Assembly: GCA_963640495.1 (NCBI GenBank)
Contig: CAVHYZ010000002.1
Location: forward strand, 1 to 43,426
DNA from: Acutalibacteraceae bacterium
GTDB lineage: Bacteria > Bacillota > Clostridia > Oscillospirales > Acutalibacteraceae
Direction: 5' to 3'
Length of the DNA stretch: 43,426 nt
Made by a program: the position numbers and the translations under genes. Position 1 is the first letter of the stretch; the number at the start of each line of letters is the position of its first letter. Under the pieces are notes generated by a model. That model was not told where the DNA came from, did not search any database, and saw only the letters and a list, made by a program, of their open reading frames with translations. Shown piece after piece: positions 17,184-27,832 of this stretch.

Positions 17184-19229
17184 TCACAAAACATTTTTAT
17201 AGTAAAGTCCTCTGGTGTATTCATACTCCGGAGGCATATTTTTATGGTAGTTGTTTATTATCTGCACACACTCACCCGCACTCTCGGTGGTGAAATACAG
17301 CAAATCATAATCTATATTTCTAAATTCATTTTTTCTGTCATACACGCAAAGTGGGCGGGAATTTAATATATAACTGCATCCGTATTTGCACCTGACCGGG
17401 AATTTAATATTCATTCTGTCCCAAAGCTCGCTGCTTCTACCACATTCCGTGCAACTGAGTTTATTTTTTATGGGACAATTTCTTGTAACCATAAGAGGAA
17501 GTCTGCCGTAAACAAGAACCCCTCTTTTTAGATTTGTGCCCATATCGGCAATTTTATTTACCGAAAGTTCTGAAGATAAAAGCGCATCCACGGCGCCAAG
17601 CTTCTTAATTACATTAAGAGATTCAGAGTTAAAAATATTCATTCCGAAACCTGTGGCAAATTTCATACCGGCGTTTTGAGCAATTTTTATACCATCTATG
17701 TTACACGCTAAGGCAAGCTCTACCCCAAGATTTTTAAGTCTGTTAAGCTCTTTCAAATATAATTCTCCGAAAGAAAAAACATTAACCGGTATTTCTGCGG
17801 CTATCTCCGCATTGGACTTAACAAGTCTCGAAGCCGTTTTATCATCTGTGTCAAGTGGAATAATCACTCTTTGAGCATTAATTTCATTTGGAATTTGCTC
17901 TTTATCAAGAAATCTTACATGAAGCTCTCTGCTTGAAGATTTATGCTTTTCCGTAATAAAGTTAAAGGAATTTATCTTTACAGGATCTTTCTCGGATATT
18001 TTATTTTCAATTTTATTCAAGGCATCTCGCCTTAATGCGTTTAAGGCAGAAGCCGGCATATTTAACCCCTCATCTATATCACATTCAATATTTTCCGTAT
18101 AGAACTGAGTGCCTCCGCATTTTGAAAGCCTTGCCGCAGCCTCTTCGGATGTGATAGGCTTATTTATGGCTTGTGAGGGCAAAATATCACTTTGCACATC
18201 GGCCTCAAAAACTCCTGTGCTTATTTTTAAGCATGCAGGTTTATCTTTTTGCATTTCAAATTGCACTTTTACGGGAATAAGAGGATTCTCGTTATCGTAA
18301 AGATGGCTCAATGAAGAAAGAACACTTGCGGATTTTTCAACATTTTCTTTTGTTCTTATGCCAAACATATCCTTGCCCGGTTTTCCCTCAAAATACCCTT
18401 TTGTAAAGCCGGAGCGGGAAAAAACAGCACCGAGAGCATCATCAATTTCTTTGTTGGGTGTGCCGTTTATTGCATTTTTACAGGCTGTAACCGCAGCCGC
18501 CACATACTCGGGACGTTTCATTCTGCCTTCAATTTTAAGAGAGGTTACTCCTGCTTTTTCAAGCTGTGAGATTTTATCAATCAAAGATAAATCTTTAAGG
18601 CTTAAGTTATTGCCGCCCTTCCCGTTTACCCCGAAAGGAAGACGGCAGGGCTGGGCACAAAGGCCTCTGTTACCACTTCGCCCACCAAGAACACTGCTCA
18701 TAAGGCACTGACCGGACAGGCACATACAAAGCGCTCCGTGAACAAAGCACTCAAGCTCCATATCCGTTTTTTGTGATATGCTGTAAATTTCTTTTTCGGA
18801 AAGCTCCCTCGGCAAAACAGCCCTGCAAAATCCCATTTCTTTAAGAATTTCAAGCCCTTCTATACTTTGAACGCTCATTTGTGTTGAGGCGTGAAGGGCA
18901 ACGGTAGGGCAAATTTTCTTTACCATTTCAGCAAGGCCCAAATCTTGAATTATGAAAGCATCTACACCCGCGAGGCAGATTTTTTCTATCTCTTTTGATG
19001 CGTCAAAAAGTTCACCGTCACTTGCAAGGGTATTGAGAGTTACATAAACTTTAACCCTGTGCCTATGGCAGTAATCTATAGCTTCGGCAATTTCTTCATC
19101 TGTAAAATTAGAGGCGTTGCGCCTTGCATTAAAGGCTTTTCCGCCGAAACATACTGCATTTGCGCCACAGCGAACAGCTGCGGTTAAAGCTTCACGGCTC
19201 CCTGCGGGAGCAAGTATTTCAAGGCTCAT
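17184..19229 (-). CDS. Peptidase U32 family protein with C-terminal DUF3656-like region (RlhA-like rRNA hydroxylation factor)
   Basis: EILAPAGS, HASTQ, LPRELS, FVHGALCMCLSGQC, NRGLCAQPCR, LKIEGRMK. Confidence 0.88.
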   Translation of the reverse strand: MSLEILAPAGSREALTAAVRCGANAVCFGGKAFNARRNASNFTDEEIAEAIDYCHRHRVKVYVTLNTLASDGELFDASKEIEKICLAGVDAFIIQDLGLAEMVKKICPTVALHASTQMSVQSIEGLEILKEMGFCRAVLPRELSEKEIYSISQKTDMELECFVHGALCMCLSGQCLMSSVLGGRSGNRGLCAQPCRLPFGVNGKGGNNLSLKDLSLIDKISQLEKAGVTSLKIEGRMKRPEYVAAAVTACKNAINGTPNKEIDDALGAVFSRSGFTKGYFEGKPGKDMFGIRTKENVEKSASVLSSLSHLYDNENPLIPVKVQFEMQKDKPACLKISTGVFEADVQSDILPSQAINKPITSEEAAARLSKCGGTQFYTENIECDIDEGLNMPASALNALRRDALNKIENKISEKDPVKINSFNFITEKHKSSSRELHVRFLDKEQIPNEINAQRVIIPLDTDDKTASRLVKSNAEIAAEIPVNVFSFGELYLKELNRLKNLGVELALACNIDGIKIAQNAGMKFATGFGMNIFNSESLNVIKKLGAVDALLSSELSVNKIADMGTNLKRGVLVYGRLPLMVTRNCPIKNKLSCTECGRSSELWDRMNIKFPVRCKYGCSYILNSRPLCVYDRKNEFRNIDYDLLYFTTESAGECVQIINNYHKNMPPEYEYTRGLYYKNVL

Positions 19230-19561
19230 TTGTCTGCTTTTAGGTTTTTAATTTCTTTTTTTAATTTTTCAACTTCTCTTTTTGCAAGCTCTGCATCCGT
19301 TCTTGACCTTGCCGCATCCTCAAGATACGCTTGAATTTGCGAACGAAGATTTTCACAAGTTGCTTCTGATTTTTTATAAGCATCCGCATAATCAAGAGAA
19401 GTAAGCACAGCTGCCTGAGTAACGGAAATTCTGGCATTGCCGCTTAATAAATCCGTGATCTTTCCGTTTACCTCTTCTCCGAGCTGAGCAACATATTCAA
19501 GGTCGTCATCTGTGTTGAGATTATAAGTTTCTCCTGCTATGGTAAGTTTTATTTTTTCCAT
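19226..19561 (-). CDS. zapA: Cell division protein ZapA
   Basis: KLTIAGETYNL...YVAQLGEEVNGKI...AAVLTSL, then a coiled-coil C-terminus. Confidence 0.82.
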   Translation of the reverse strand: MEKIKLTIAGETYNLNTDDDLEYVAQLGEEVNGKITDLLSGNARISVTQAAVLTSLDYADAYKKSEATCENLRSQIQAYLEDAARSRTDAELAKREVEKLKKEIKNLKADK

Positions 19562-19697
19562 AATTTCACCTCATAGAGATAGTTTTACATTATATATTGT
19601 AAAACAAAATTTTTATCAAGTAAATAGTTTTTTATTTTTATTGCATTTTTGTGTAACAAAATAGTATAATACTGTAAATTTTGGGCGAAGGCACAAT

Positions 19698-20870
19698 ATG
19701 AGTTTGTTAGTAGCGATTATCTACCTTGCATTTATAAGCTTGGGCTTGCCGGATTCTCTCCTTGGCTCCGGATGGCCTGTTATGTCCGTGGAACTCGGGG
19801 CATCTCTTTCCTCGGCCGGTATTATTTCTTTTATTATTTCAGCATCCACCATTGTTTCGGCACTTCTTTCCGATAAAATCGCAAGAAAAATCGGCACGGG
19901 TAAGGTTACGGCTTTCAGTGTTCTTTTAACAGCTCTTGCCATGATGGGCTTTTCATTCGGAAAGAATTTGACAACTCTTTGCATTCTTGCTATCCCCTAC
20001 GGACTGGGTGCAGGAGCAATAGACGCCTGCCTTAACAATTATGTCGCTCTTCATCTCTCTCCAAGGCAAATGAGTTGGCTCCATTGTTTTTGGGGTGTTG
20101 GAGCAGTTGCAAGCCCCTACATAATGAGCTATGCCATATCAACAAGGCTCGGATGGCAAGGAGGCTACAGAGCAGTATCTATAGTTCAGCTTGTGCTTAC
20201 CGTAATAATGTTCCTTGCAATCCCCATGTGGAGCAAAGCTGCAGCTAATAAAAACGGCGGGAAAGAGGAGGAATCCGTTTCTCTCTCCATCAGTCAGATT
20301 TTCAAAATTCCGGGCACGGTTTTAATGTTTGTTTCTTTTCTTCTTTATTGTGCCATTGAAAATATGCCTATTGTTTGGGCAAGCAGCTATTTTTCAAGCA
20401 TATATTCTTTAGATGCCGAAAAGGCCGCTTCTTTAGCTTCGTTATTTTACATAGGAATGACCGGCGGCAGAGCAATTTGCGGAATTTTTGCAAATAAGCT
20501 GGGGGATAAGCAGTTAATCAGAACCGGTATTATCATTATTCTTTTTGGTGCGATTATATCCGTGTTACCTATAAGCAGTTACATTTGTGCCGCAATCGGT
20601 TTTGTAATAATCGGACTCGGCTGTTCACCTATATATCCCGCTTTTGTTCACTCAACTCCTTCTAATTTCGGCAGAAAATACTCTCAATCCATAATCGGCG
20701 TGCAAATGGCGTTTGCCTATGTGGGTATGACAGTAACGCCGATTATTTTCGGCAAACTTGCAGAGTACATTTCAATTTCAATACTACCCTACGGTGTATT
20801 TTCCGTGGCAGTAATAATTTTAATCACAACAGAACTTCTCAATAAAAAAGTTGCCGCTACAAAGGCATAA
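19698..20870 (+). CDS. MFS transporter
   Basis: About 12 hydrophobic helices; AFISLGLPDSLLG, GAIDACLNNYVA, LHCFWGVG. Confidence 0.9.
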   Translation: MSLLVAIIYLAFISLGLPDSLLGSGWPVMSVELGASLSSAGIISFIISASTIVSALLSDKIARKIGTGKVTAFSVLLTALAMMGFSFGKNLTTLCILAIPYGLGAGAIDACLNNYVALHLSPRQMSWLHCFWGVGAVASPYIMSYAISTRLGWQGGYRAVSIVQLVLTVIMFLAIPMWSKAAANKNGGKEEESVSLSISQIFKIPGTVLMFVSFLLYCAIENMPIVWASSYFSSIYSLDAEKAASLASLFYIGMTGGRAICGIFANKLGDKQLIRTGIIIILFGAIISVLPISSYICAAIGFVIIGLGCSPIYPAFVHSTPSNFGRKYSQSIIGVQMAFAYVGMTVTPIIFGKLAEYISISILPYGVFSVAVIILITTELLNKKVAATKA

Positions 20871-20936
20871 TATTGTAATTTTTATATGCTTGTGGTAAAA
20901 TAATATAAAATATAATTTAGGAGGGATTTTGTCGGT

Positions 20937-21866
20937 ATGAAAAAAATATTTTCCGTTTTTCTTGTAATTTCAATATTGATACTCTCCCTATGCAGCTGTG
21001 ATATAAAAGTAACCCATGCCAAAAAAGATGCCCTTGTTATATCCGGCACGAATATAAACGAAGAAATTTACAATTACTATCTTGATGTGGTCACTCAAAG
21101 GCCCGGCGATTATAATATTTCAAGTTCAAAGGATGAAGACGCAATAAAAAATGCCGCCATTGAGCAATGCAAAAGATATTTGGCAATAAATACAAGCTTT
21201 AAGGAAAGAAATCTTAAGCTCACAAATGCTCAAAAAATTGAAATTGCGGATAATGTAAACAACTTTTGGATGAGAAGTGAAGCACATTACGAAAAAATCG
21301 GCGTAAGCAGGCAAACGCTCAGTAAAATACTTACGGCAAATGAATATGAAGATGCTATTTTTTCATCTGTATATGATAAAGGAATGGATAACGCCGAGGC
21401 AGAAGGCGAAATCCAAGCATATTTTTACGCAAACTACACCGCCTTCCTCAATATCTGTGCTTATTTTACAACCGGCTCAACTACTCTAACCGAGCAGGAA
21501 AAGCAAAATCTTATAGCATCTTTTGAAAATATTGCTCAAAGCTCCGGTGAGAGTGCCGAAGATTTTACAAATGCCTGTTCAGATGCAGGTTACTCCGCAT
21601 CAAGCACCGTTATTATTGAAAAAGAATCCGAAGGCTACCCATCCGGTTTCTTCCTTAAAGTTTACACGATGGAGCCAAACACCGTGAGAGTTTTCAGCTA
21701 TGATGACTGTGTATTTTGCATTAGGAAAGAAAGTCTCTCTTCCCTTGGGGATGAAGTTTATTCAAATTACCGTGACACCTGCATTGAAAAAATGTATTCT
21801 GCCGATTGGCAGCAAACGGTAGATGATTATCTTAAAAATTTTACCGTTGATGAAGTGAATATTTAA
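20937..21866 (+). CDS. Putative lipoprotein, possibly SurA/PrsA-like
   Basis: MKK plus hydrophobic stretch and lipobox-like LCSC; GGAGGG RBS. Function not established. Confidence 0.7.
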   Translation: MKKIFSVFLVISILILSLCSCDIKVTHAKKDALVISGTNINEEIYNYYLDVVTQRPGDYNISSSKDEDAIKNAAIEQCKRYLAINTSFKERNLKLTNAQKIEIADNVNNFWMRSEAHYEKIGVSRQTLSKILTANEYEDAIFSSVYDKGMDNAEAEGEIQAYFYANYTAFLNICAYFTTGSTTLTEQEKQNLIASFENIAQSSGESAEDFTNACSDAGYSASSTVIIEKESEGYPSGFFLKVYTMEPNTVRVFSYDDCVFCIRKESLSSLGDEVYSNYRDTCIEKMYSADWQQTVDDYLKNFTVDEVNI

Positions 21867-21877
21867 TTTTCAGCGTT

Positions 21878-21949
21878 TAAAATCTCTATGACATTTCTTT
21901 TGTGATTCCTTTGGTAAGTCTTCGCCTAAGTGCGTTATGGGGATTTTTA
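21878..21949. repeat. Long imperfect inverted repeat (terminator- or REP-like)
   Basis: AAAATCTCTATGAC ... GTTATGGGGATTTT; the arm resembles TAAAAATCCCTATGGC at 61-76. Confidence 0.35.
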
Positions 21950-22029
21950 TTTTGCAATTTCTTTCTTAAAGAACACAAATCAGCGAATATTTTGCTCACC
22001 CGTTTACATTACACAATTTATTGACCATG

Positions 22030-22061
22030 AAAAAACCACCCGTTAATTAACAGGTGGTTTT
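22030..22061. terminator. Intrinsic terminator downstream of rpsU, probably bidirectional
   Basis: AAAACCACC...GGTGGTTTT hairpin. Confidence 0.8.
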
Positions 22062-22074
22062 GTGTTTGTACTTA

Positions 22075-22254
22075 TTATTTGTACTTACGCTTACGAGCTG
22101 CCTCTGACTTTAATTTTTTCTTAACAGAGGGTTTCTCATAGTGTTCTCTTTTACGAACTTCCTGAATAACGCCGTCTCTTGAGGTTTGTCTCTTAAATCT
22201 TCTGAGAGCGCTTTCAAGTGATTCGCCTTCTTTAACTTTGATTGTGGTACTCAT
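22075..22254 (-). CDS. rpsU: 30S ribosomal protein S21 (absent from the supplied ORF track)
   Basis: Manual translation [73 protein letters not shown] promoter at 22336-22341. Confidence 0.97.
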   Translation of the reverse strand: MSTTIKVKEGESLESALRRFKRQTSRDGVIQEVRKREHYEKPSVKKKLKSEAARKRKYK

Positions 22255-22348
22255 TATATTCCCTCCCCTCGTTTTACACAGGGACTAAAACTATTAGCCA
22301 TTTATGAAGAGATAATATCACAAAAATGGGTATTTTGTCAACTGTTTT

Positions 22349-24763
22349 TTACTGAGGTTTAACAACAATATTTACAAGCCTGCCCTTAACATAAAGTTCC
22401 TTAACTATTTGCATACCTTCAAGAGCAGATTTAATCTTATCACTTGCTTTTGCTGCTGCAATAGCTTCATCATTCGAAGCCTCAGCGGAAACAACAAGTT
22501 TTTCTCTGACTTTACCGTTAATTTGAACGGCAATTTCTATTTCATCATCAACACATTTTGCTTCATCGTATGTGGGCCAAGAGGTTTCATTAAGCATACC
22601 CTCAAAACCTGTAACCTGCCAAATTTCTTCGGTAACATGAGGCACAAACGGATTAAGAATTGTAATAAATGTTTTTAGCTCCGCCTTATTGATTGAGCCT
22701 TTTTCGTAAATCTTATTAGTAAGAGTCATCATTGCGGCAATTGCTGTATTGTATTTCATATTTTCAATGTCGCTTGAAACTTTCTTAACAGTCTTATGCA
22801 TAATACTTTCAAGTTCTTTTGAATATGTATCTCCATCGGTAAGAATTTCGGTAAGTCCCCAAATTCTGTCAACGAATCTCTTACAGCCCTTAACGGCAGT
22901 TTCGCTCCAGGGGGCGGCTTTTTCATAATCACCCATGAAAAGAACATAAGATCTTAGCACATCTGCACCATACTGATCAACTACTTCGTTGGGGTCTACT
23001 ACATTGCCCTTGGATTTTGACATCTTATCGCCGTCCGGCCCGAGAATAAGGCCTTGAGCAGTTCTCTTTGCGTAAGGCTCTTTAACGGGAACTTCACCTA
23101 TATCATAAAGGAATCTATGCCAGAATCTTGAGTAAATAAGGTGCCTTGTAACGTGCTCCATACCGCCATTATACCAATCAACAGGCATCCAATATTTAAG
23201 CTTGTCTTTATCTGCAATAGCCTTATCATTGTGGGGGTCAATGTAGCGAAGGAAATACCATGATGAACCTGCCCACTGAGGCATAGTGTCTGTTTCTCTC
23301 CTTGCATCACCACCGCACTTGGGGCACTTGCAATTTACAAATGAATCTATTTTCGCAAGAGGGCTTTCGCCATCTGTGCCGGGTGCAAAATTCTCAACAG
23401 GAGGAAGTTCAAGGGGAAGCTCTTCATAAGGCACGGGAACCATACCGCACTTAGGGCAATAAACGATGGGAATAGGTTCGCCCCAATATCTTTGGCGGTT
23501 AAATGCCCAGTCTTTCATCTTATACTGAACGCCTTTTTCGCCGATGCCTTTTTCCTGAAGGTACTCTGCCATCTTTTGAATGGAATCCTTCTTGTTGGTC
23601 ATGCCGTTAAGGAAACCGGAATTAATCATTTCTCCTTCACCGGTATAGGCTTCTTCATCAAGATTTCCGCCCTTAATAACCTGAATAATATCAATGCCGA
23701 ATTTATGAGCAAACTCATAGTCGCGCTGGTCATGAGCCGGAACAGCCATAATTGCGCCGGTACCATATCCCATCATTACATAGTCTGAAATATAAATGGG
23801 GATTTCTTTACCGTTAATGGGATTGATTGCGCTGAAGCCGTCAAGTTTAACGCCGGTTTTATCTTTAACAAGCTGAGTTCTTTCAAACTCTGTCTTTTTA
23901 GCACATTCTGCTCTGTATGCTTCAACGGCATCCATATTTGCGATTTTTGAAGCATATTTATCAATAAGAGGATGTTCCGGAGCCATAACCATAAAGGTTA
24001 CACCGAAAAGAGTATCAGGCCTTGTAGTGTAAATTTTAAGTTTTTCATCTGTATCCTTAATTTCAAAATTTACAAATGCACCTGTGGATTTACCAATCCA
24101 ATTTTCCTGCTGAAGTTTAATATTAGGAAGATAATCTACCTCTTTAAGGCCATCAAGAAGTTTATCTGCATATTCGGTAATTCTCAAATACCAGACATCT
24201 TTTGACTTTTGAACGACATCGCTATGGCAAATATCGCACTTGCCGCCCTGTGAATCTTCGTTTGAAAGAACAACTTTACAGCTGGGGCAGTAATTTACAT
24301 AAGTTTTATCTCTGAAAGCAAGACCGTTTTCAAAAAGCTTAAGGAAAATATACTGAGTCCATTTATAATATTCTTCCTGAGTGGTATCAATAACCTTCGA
24401 CCAATCAAAAGAAAAGCCTACTCTGCGAAGCTGACTCGTAAACTTTTCAATATTCATATCCGTAACTTTACGAGGATGGATGCCTGTTTTGATTGCATAG
24501 TTTTCAGTGGGGAGGCCATAAGCGTCAAAGCCGATGGGGAATAGAACATTATATCCCTCAAGCCTTCTCTTTCTGCAAATTACTTCAAGGCCTGAATAAG
24601 CCTTAATGTGACCTACGTGCATTCCCGCTCCGCTTGGATACGGAAACTCAACAAGTCCGTAAAACTTGGGCTTTGAATAATCTTCACTGCATTCAAAAGT
24701 TTTATTCTTATCCCAAACATCCTGCCACTTTTTTTCAACTGATTTAAAATCATACTGCGCCAT
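22349..24763 (-). CDS. leuS: Leucine--tRNA ligase
   Basis: FPYPSG, HVGH (HIGH motif), editing domain TTRPDT/GTGAIMAVPAHDQRD, KMSKS. Confidence 0.97.
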   Translation of the reverse strand: MAQYDFKSVEKKWQDVWDKNKTFECSEDYSKPKFYGLVEFPYPSGAGMHVGHIKAYSGLEVICRKRRLEGYNVLFPIGFDAYGLPTENYAIKTGIHPRKVTDMNIEKFTSQLRRVGFSFDWSKVIDTTQEEYYKWTQYIFLKLFENGLAFRDKTYVNYCPSCKVVLSNEDSQGGKCDICHSDVVQKSKDVWYLRITEYADKLLDGLKEVDYLPNIKLQQENWIGKSTGAFVNFEIKDTDEKLKIYTTRPDTLFGVTFMVMAPEHPLIDKYASKIANMDAVEAYRAECAKKTEFERTQLVKDKTGVKLDGFSAINPINGKEIPIYISDYVMMGYGTGAIMAVPAHDQRDYEFAHKFGIDIIQVIKGGNLDEEAYTGEGEMINSGFLNGMTNKKDSIQKMAEYLQEKGIGEKGVQYKMKDWAFNRQRYWGEPIPIVYCPKCGMVPVPYEELPLELPPVENFAPGTDGESPLAKIDSFVNCKCPKCGGDARRETDTMPQWAGSSWYFLRYIDPHNDKAIADKDKLKYWMPVDWYNGGMEHVTRHLIYSRFWHRFLYDIGEVPVKEPYAKRTAQGLILGPDGDKMSKSKGNVVDPNEVVDQYGADVLRSYVLFMGDYEKAAPWSETAVKGCKRFVDRIWGLTEILTDGDTYSKELESIMHKTVKKVSSDIENMKYNTAIAAMMTLTNKIYEKGSINKAELKTFITILNPFVPHVTEEIWQVTGFEGMLNETSWPTYDEAKCVDDEIEIAVQINGKVREKLVVSAEASNDEAIAAAKASDKIKSALEGMQIVKELYVKGRLVNIVVKPQ

Positions 24764-24789
24764 AACCGATAGCAACTCCTTAGTATAAG

Positions 24790-25152
24790 TTAATCTTCCG
24801 TAATAATATTTGACAAGTCAAGTGTGCTTGCATCAGTCCACAAGCGCTCAAGATTGTAATATTCTCTGTTTTCTTTATCAAAAATATGCACAAGCACCAC
24901 GCCGTAATCAATCAAAATCCAGCCTGTTGTTCTGCCCTCAATGTGGTCGGGTTCAATACCCAAGCGCTCTTTTATCTCATATTCCACATCATCAGCAAGG
25001 GACTTAACATGTGTATTTGATGTGCCTGTTGCAATAACAAAAAGGTCTGAAACTATGGTAACCTCTTCTGTTTCAATGGCAACTATATTAATTGCTTTCT
25101 TTTCATCAAGAACTTTTGCTATTTCAAGTGCAAGATCTTTTGAATTAACCAT
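24790..25152 (-). CDS. rsfS: Ribosome silencing factor
   Basis: LDEKKA, FVIATGTS..HV, WILIDYG.V.VHIF..ENREYYNLERLW; start MVNSK after AGGAGG. Confidence 0.95.
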   Translation of the reverse strand: MVNSKDLALEIAKVLDEKKAINIVAIETEEVTIVSDLFVIATGTSNTHVKSLADDVEYEIKERLGIEPDHIEGRTTGWILIDYGVVLVHIFDKENREYYNLERLWTDASTLDLSNIITED

Positions 25153-25162
25153 AATGTACCTC

Positions 25163-26302
25163 CTATAAGCCAAAATGTCTGAGTGTGTCATTATAACACT
25201 CAAGGGTTGAGGGGTGCACGGGTCTATCCAGTGCAACAAGGCTGTTTATTGTGTATCTGCCCGTGTAAAGCATTGCATGCTCAAGGCTGATATAAGCAAG
25301 CCTTCTGACTACTTCAACATCGGGATAATCCCTATCTGCCGAAATAAAATCTGCCGTGTAAACTATTTTTGCAAGCAAGGACATGTCTGCCTTGCCTGTT
25401 GTGTGCCACCTGATTGCATCAAGTATTTCTTCATCCTCCACAAGTCCTTTTTCTTTAAGAAAAGCAGGGCCTGACATTTGGTGCCACACTTTATAATTTT
25501 CTTTTTCAAGGGGAGTAACCTCGCCTATAAGCCTCAGTTGCTCATCGCCCGGCATACGCTTTGTAATATCATGAAGCAAGCCTGCGAGTTTTGCCTTTTC
25601 AGAATCTGCTCCGTACCTTTTGGCAAGAGATTCCGCTGCTTCGCTTACGCACTCGCTATGATAAAGCCTTGCCTCATCAAGCATATCATGCATAATTTTT
25701 CTGTAACGATCAAACTCATCGTCATAAAGTTTCTTACTTCTGATATACTCTAAAACCTTTGGAGGTATAAGCCCATTACCGTCGAAATTGCTTTTAACAA
25801 GGCTTCTTATCTCCGTGGATCTTATTTCAAGAGGTTCTTCGTTAAGAAAAACAATTCTTTCTTTTTGCTCATTTGTAAATGCGGATAAATCAGGCTTATA
25901 TCCTTCTTTGCGTGATGCCGCACAAATCCTTGCAAGGGAAAGTATTTCTTCCCAGCGGTACCACTGAGTAAAGGTGCTGAGCATATCTGAGCCCATTATG
26001 AACCAAAGTTCATCATTCGGATATATTTCTTTAAGTTGCCTTAATGTGTCAACGGTATAGCTTTTATTTCCTCTTTTTATCTCTATATCTGACACTTCAA
26101 ATATAGGCTCATCAAAAGCAAGCTTGCACATTTCAAGCCTTATATGAGCATCAAGTGGAGAACCGGCTATTTTGTGTGGCGGTATACTTGAGGGGATAAT
26201 CATTATTTTATCAAGACCTAAAGCATTAATCGCCGCTTTTGCAAGGCGTACATGGCCTAAATGGGGTGGATTGAAGGTGCCCCCGAAAATTCCGATTTTC
26301 AT
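25163..26302 (-). CDS. nadD: NadD-YqeK fusion (nicotinate-nucleotide adenylyltransferase plus HD-domain Ap4A hydrolase)
   Basis: GGTFNPPHLGH, SYTVDTL, IMGSD, IRSTEIR; C-terminal RLYHS...LLHDITK...WH...HTTG...ADFI. Confidence 0.92.
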   Translation of the reverse strand: MKIGIFGGTFNPPHLGHVRLAKAAINALGLDKIMIIPSSIPPHKIAGSPLDAHIRLEMCKLAFDEPIFEVSDIEIKRGNKSYTVDTLRQLKEIYPNDELWFIMGSDMLSTFTQWYRWEEILSLARICAASRKEGYKPDLSAFTNEQKERIVFLNEEPLEIRSTEIRSLVKSNFDGNGLIPPKVLEYIRSKKLYDDEFDRYRKIMHDMLDEARLYHSECVSEAAESLAKRYGADSEKAKLAGLLHDITKRMPGDEQLRLIGEVTPLEKENYKVWHQMSGPAFLKEKGLVEDEEILDAIRWHTTGKADMSLLAKIVYTADFISADRDYPDVEVVRRLAYISLEHAMLYTGRYTINSLVALDRPVHPSTLECYNDTLRHFGL

Positions 26303-26304
26303 GA

Positions 26305-27141
26305 TTATTTAATATTAACCCTCTTGTGCATAATATCTGCTGTAAGTATAAAATAAACAATATCCTGTACAAGCATAAACACAAAAGGCATAAGGGTAAG
26401 TTGTGTGCCCGGAGTGGTGGGATCACCGAAATTAAATGTAAATGATTTATCCTCACAAAGCACAAGATAAATTCCGAGGTATTTTTCAAGGAAGTTTATA
26501 ACTGTGGTGTAAATTACACAGGTAGCAATAAAAATCACGATAGCCCAAAGGACATTTGTCTTTTGAAACTGACGTATGTGGGATGCTGCGATTGCAAAAT
26601 AAATCATAATAATAAATGAAAGTACAAGAGCAAAAAATTCAATTATGAAATAAATTGCATAAGCAATAATTTGTGCTTTCGATGGGAAATTCGCAAACAT
26701 TGTAAGCAAACCCGATGCGGTATCTATCATATCACCATACTCAGAGGTTGCATAATTACTGAAAATGTCAACAACGAGCACAAAACTCGCAAAAGATACA
26801 AGCATCCAAAAACCGTAAACTATAAGTTTTGAGCCAAGAAGCTGCCTGCTGTTTACAGGAAGAGTAAAGCTTAAATAACCTTGCTGGCCGAAAAGTGATT
26901 TTTGATAATCATAGATAACAAAGAAAAATGTAACAAACACAAGAAGAAACGAAACAAGAAGGCTGACTATAAGACCTATTACAAGAACTTTTACGTTTTC
27001 TGTCTTTTGCCCTATATAAAAAGCTGCCAAAGCGGCAATTTCAATAAGGTAGAAAAGAGGAATTACTCTTGCACTTGCAAGAAAATCATTTTTTATAAGT
27101 TTAAGCATCTTACCCTTAACTTTATCAGAATTGCCAGTCAC
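26305..27141 (-). CDS. ABC-2 type permease
   Basis: About six TM segments; GYLSFTLPV...LLGSKL. GTG 27141 follows GGAGGTG; ATG 27108 is an alternative. Confidence 0.8.
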   Translation of the reverse strand: MTGNSDKVKGKMLKLIKNDFLASARVIPLFYLIEIAALAAFYIGQKTENVKVLVIGLIVSLLVSFLLVFVTFFFVIYDYQKSLFGQQGYLSFTLPVNSRQLLGSKLIVYGFWMLVSFASFVLVVDIFSNYATSEYGDMIDTASGLLTMFANFPSKAQIIAYAIYFIIEFFALVLSFIIMIYFAIAASHIRQFQKTNVLWAIVIFIATCVIYTTVINFLEKYLGIYLVLCEDKSFTFNFGDPTTPGTQLTLMPFVFMLVQDIVYFILTADIMHKRVNIK

Positions 27142-27832
27142 TTGCAAACACCTCCTTAAACACTTCGTTAACTGTTTTGCCTGACTGCGTAAGATGTGCA
27201 ACGGTATCTTGCATAAGAAGCTTTCCTCTGCCTATCATTACAATTGAATCAAGAACTCCCTCTATATCATGAATAAGGTGAGTAGACATAAGGATTGTTG
27301 AGCCGGCCGGACGATTTCTGATAATTGAATCAAGAATAAAATCTCTCGCTGCCGGGTCAACTCCGCCCATAGGCTCATCAAGAATATAAATCTTTGCGTT
27401 TCTGCACATTACAAGAATAAGCTGAAGTTTTTCTTGCTGACCCTTTGACATAGTTCTTGCCTTTTGTTTATGTGGTAATTGGAAAGTATCAAGCATGTGC
27501 ATTGCTTTGGCAAGATCAAAATCATCATAAAAATCTGCAATATACTTAATGGCGTCATCTGCCGTCATCCAGCTTGCAAGGTATGTTTTCTCAGGAAGGT
27601 AGGCAACCATGGATTTGGTTTTTGCTCCCGGTTTCAGCCCTGCCACACGAACATCACCTGTATAGTCGTTAATAAGACCGGTGAGAATTTTAATAAGAGA
27701 AGTTTTACCGCTGCCGTTCGGGCCGAGAAGACCGATAATTTGACCTTCTTCAAGACCGAAAGATACATTGTTAAGCACCTTATGGCTGCCGTAAGACTTG
27801 CTCAAATTGTTAAGAGTAATAATTTCTGACAA
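27125..27832 (-). CDS. ABC transporter ATP-binding protein
   Basis: GPNGSGKT, MSKGQ, ILDEP, STH. Confidence 0.92.
   Translation of the reverse strand: MSEIITLNNLSKSYGSHKVLNNVSFGLEEGQIIGLLGPNGSGKTSLIKILTGLINDYTGDVRVAGLKPGAKTKSMVAYLPEKTYLASWMTADDAIKYIADFYDDFDLAKAMHMLDTFQLPHKQKARTMSKGQQEKLQLILVMCRNAKIYILDEPMGGVDPAARDFILDSIIRNRPAGSTILMSTHLIHDIEGVLDSIVMIGRGKLLMQDTVAHLTQSGKTVNEVFKEVFASDWQF

Noticed and set aside
22065..22087. 10-bp direct repeat TTTGTACTTA at the rpsU stop
   Set aside because: Only two copies; a trivial micro-duplication with no sign of being an att site or array.
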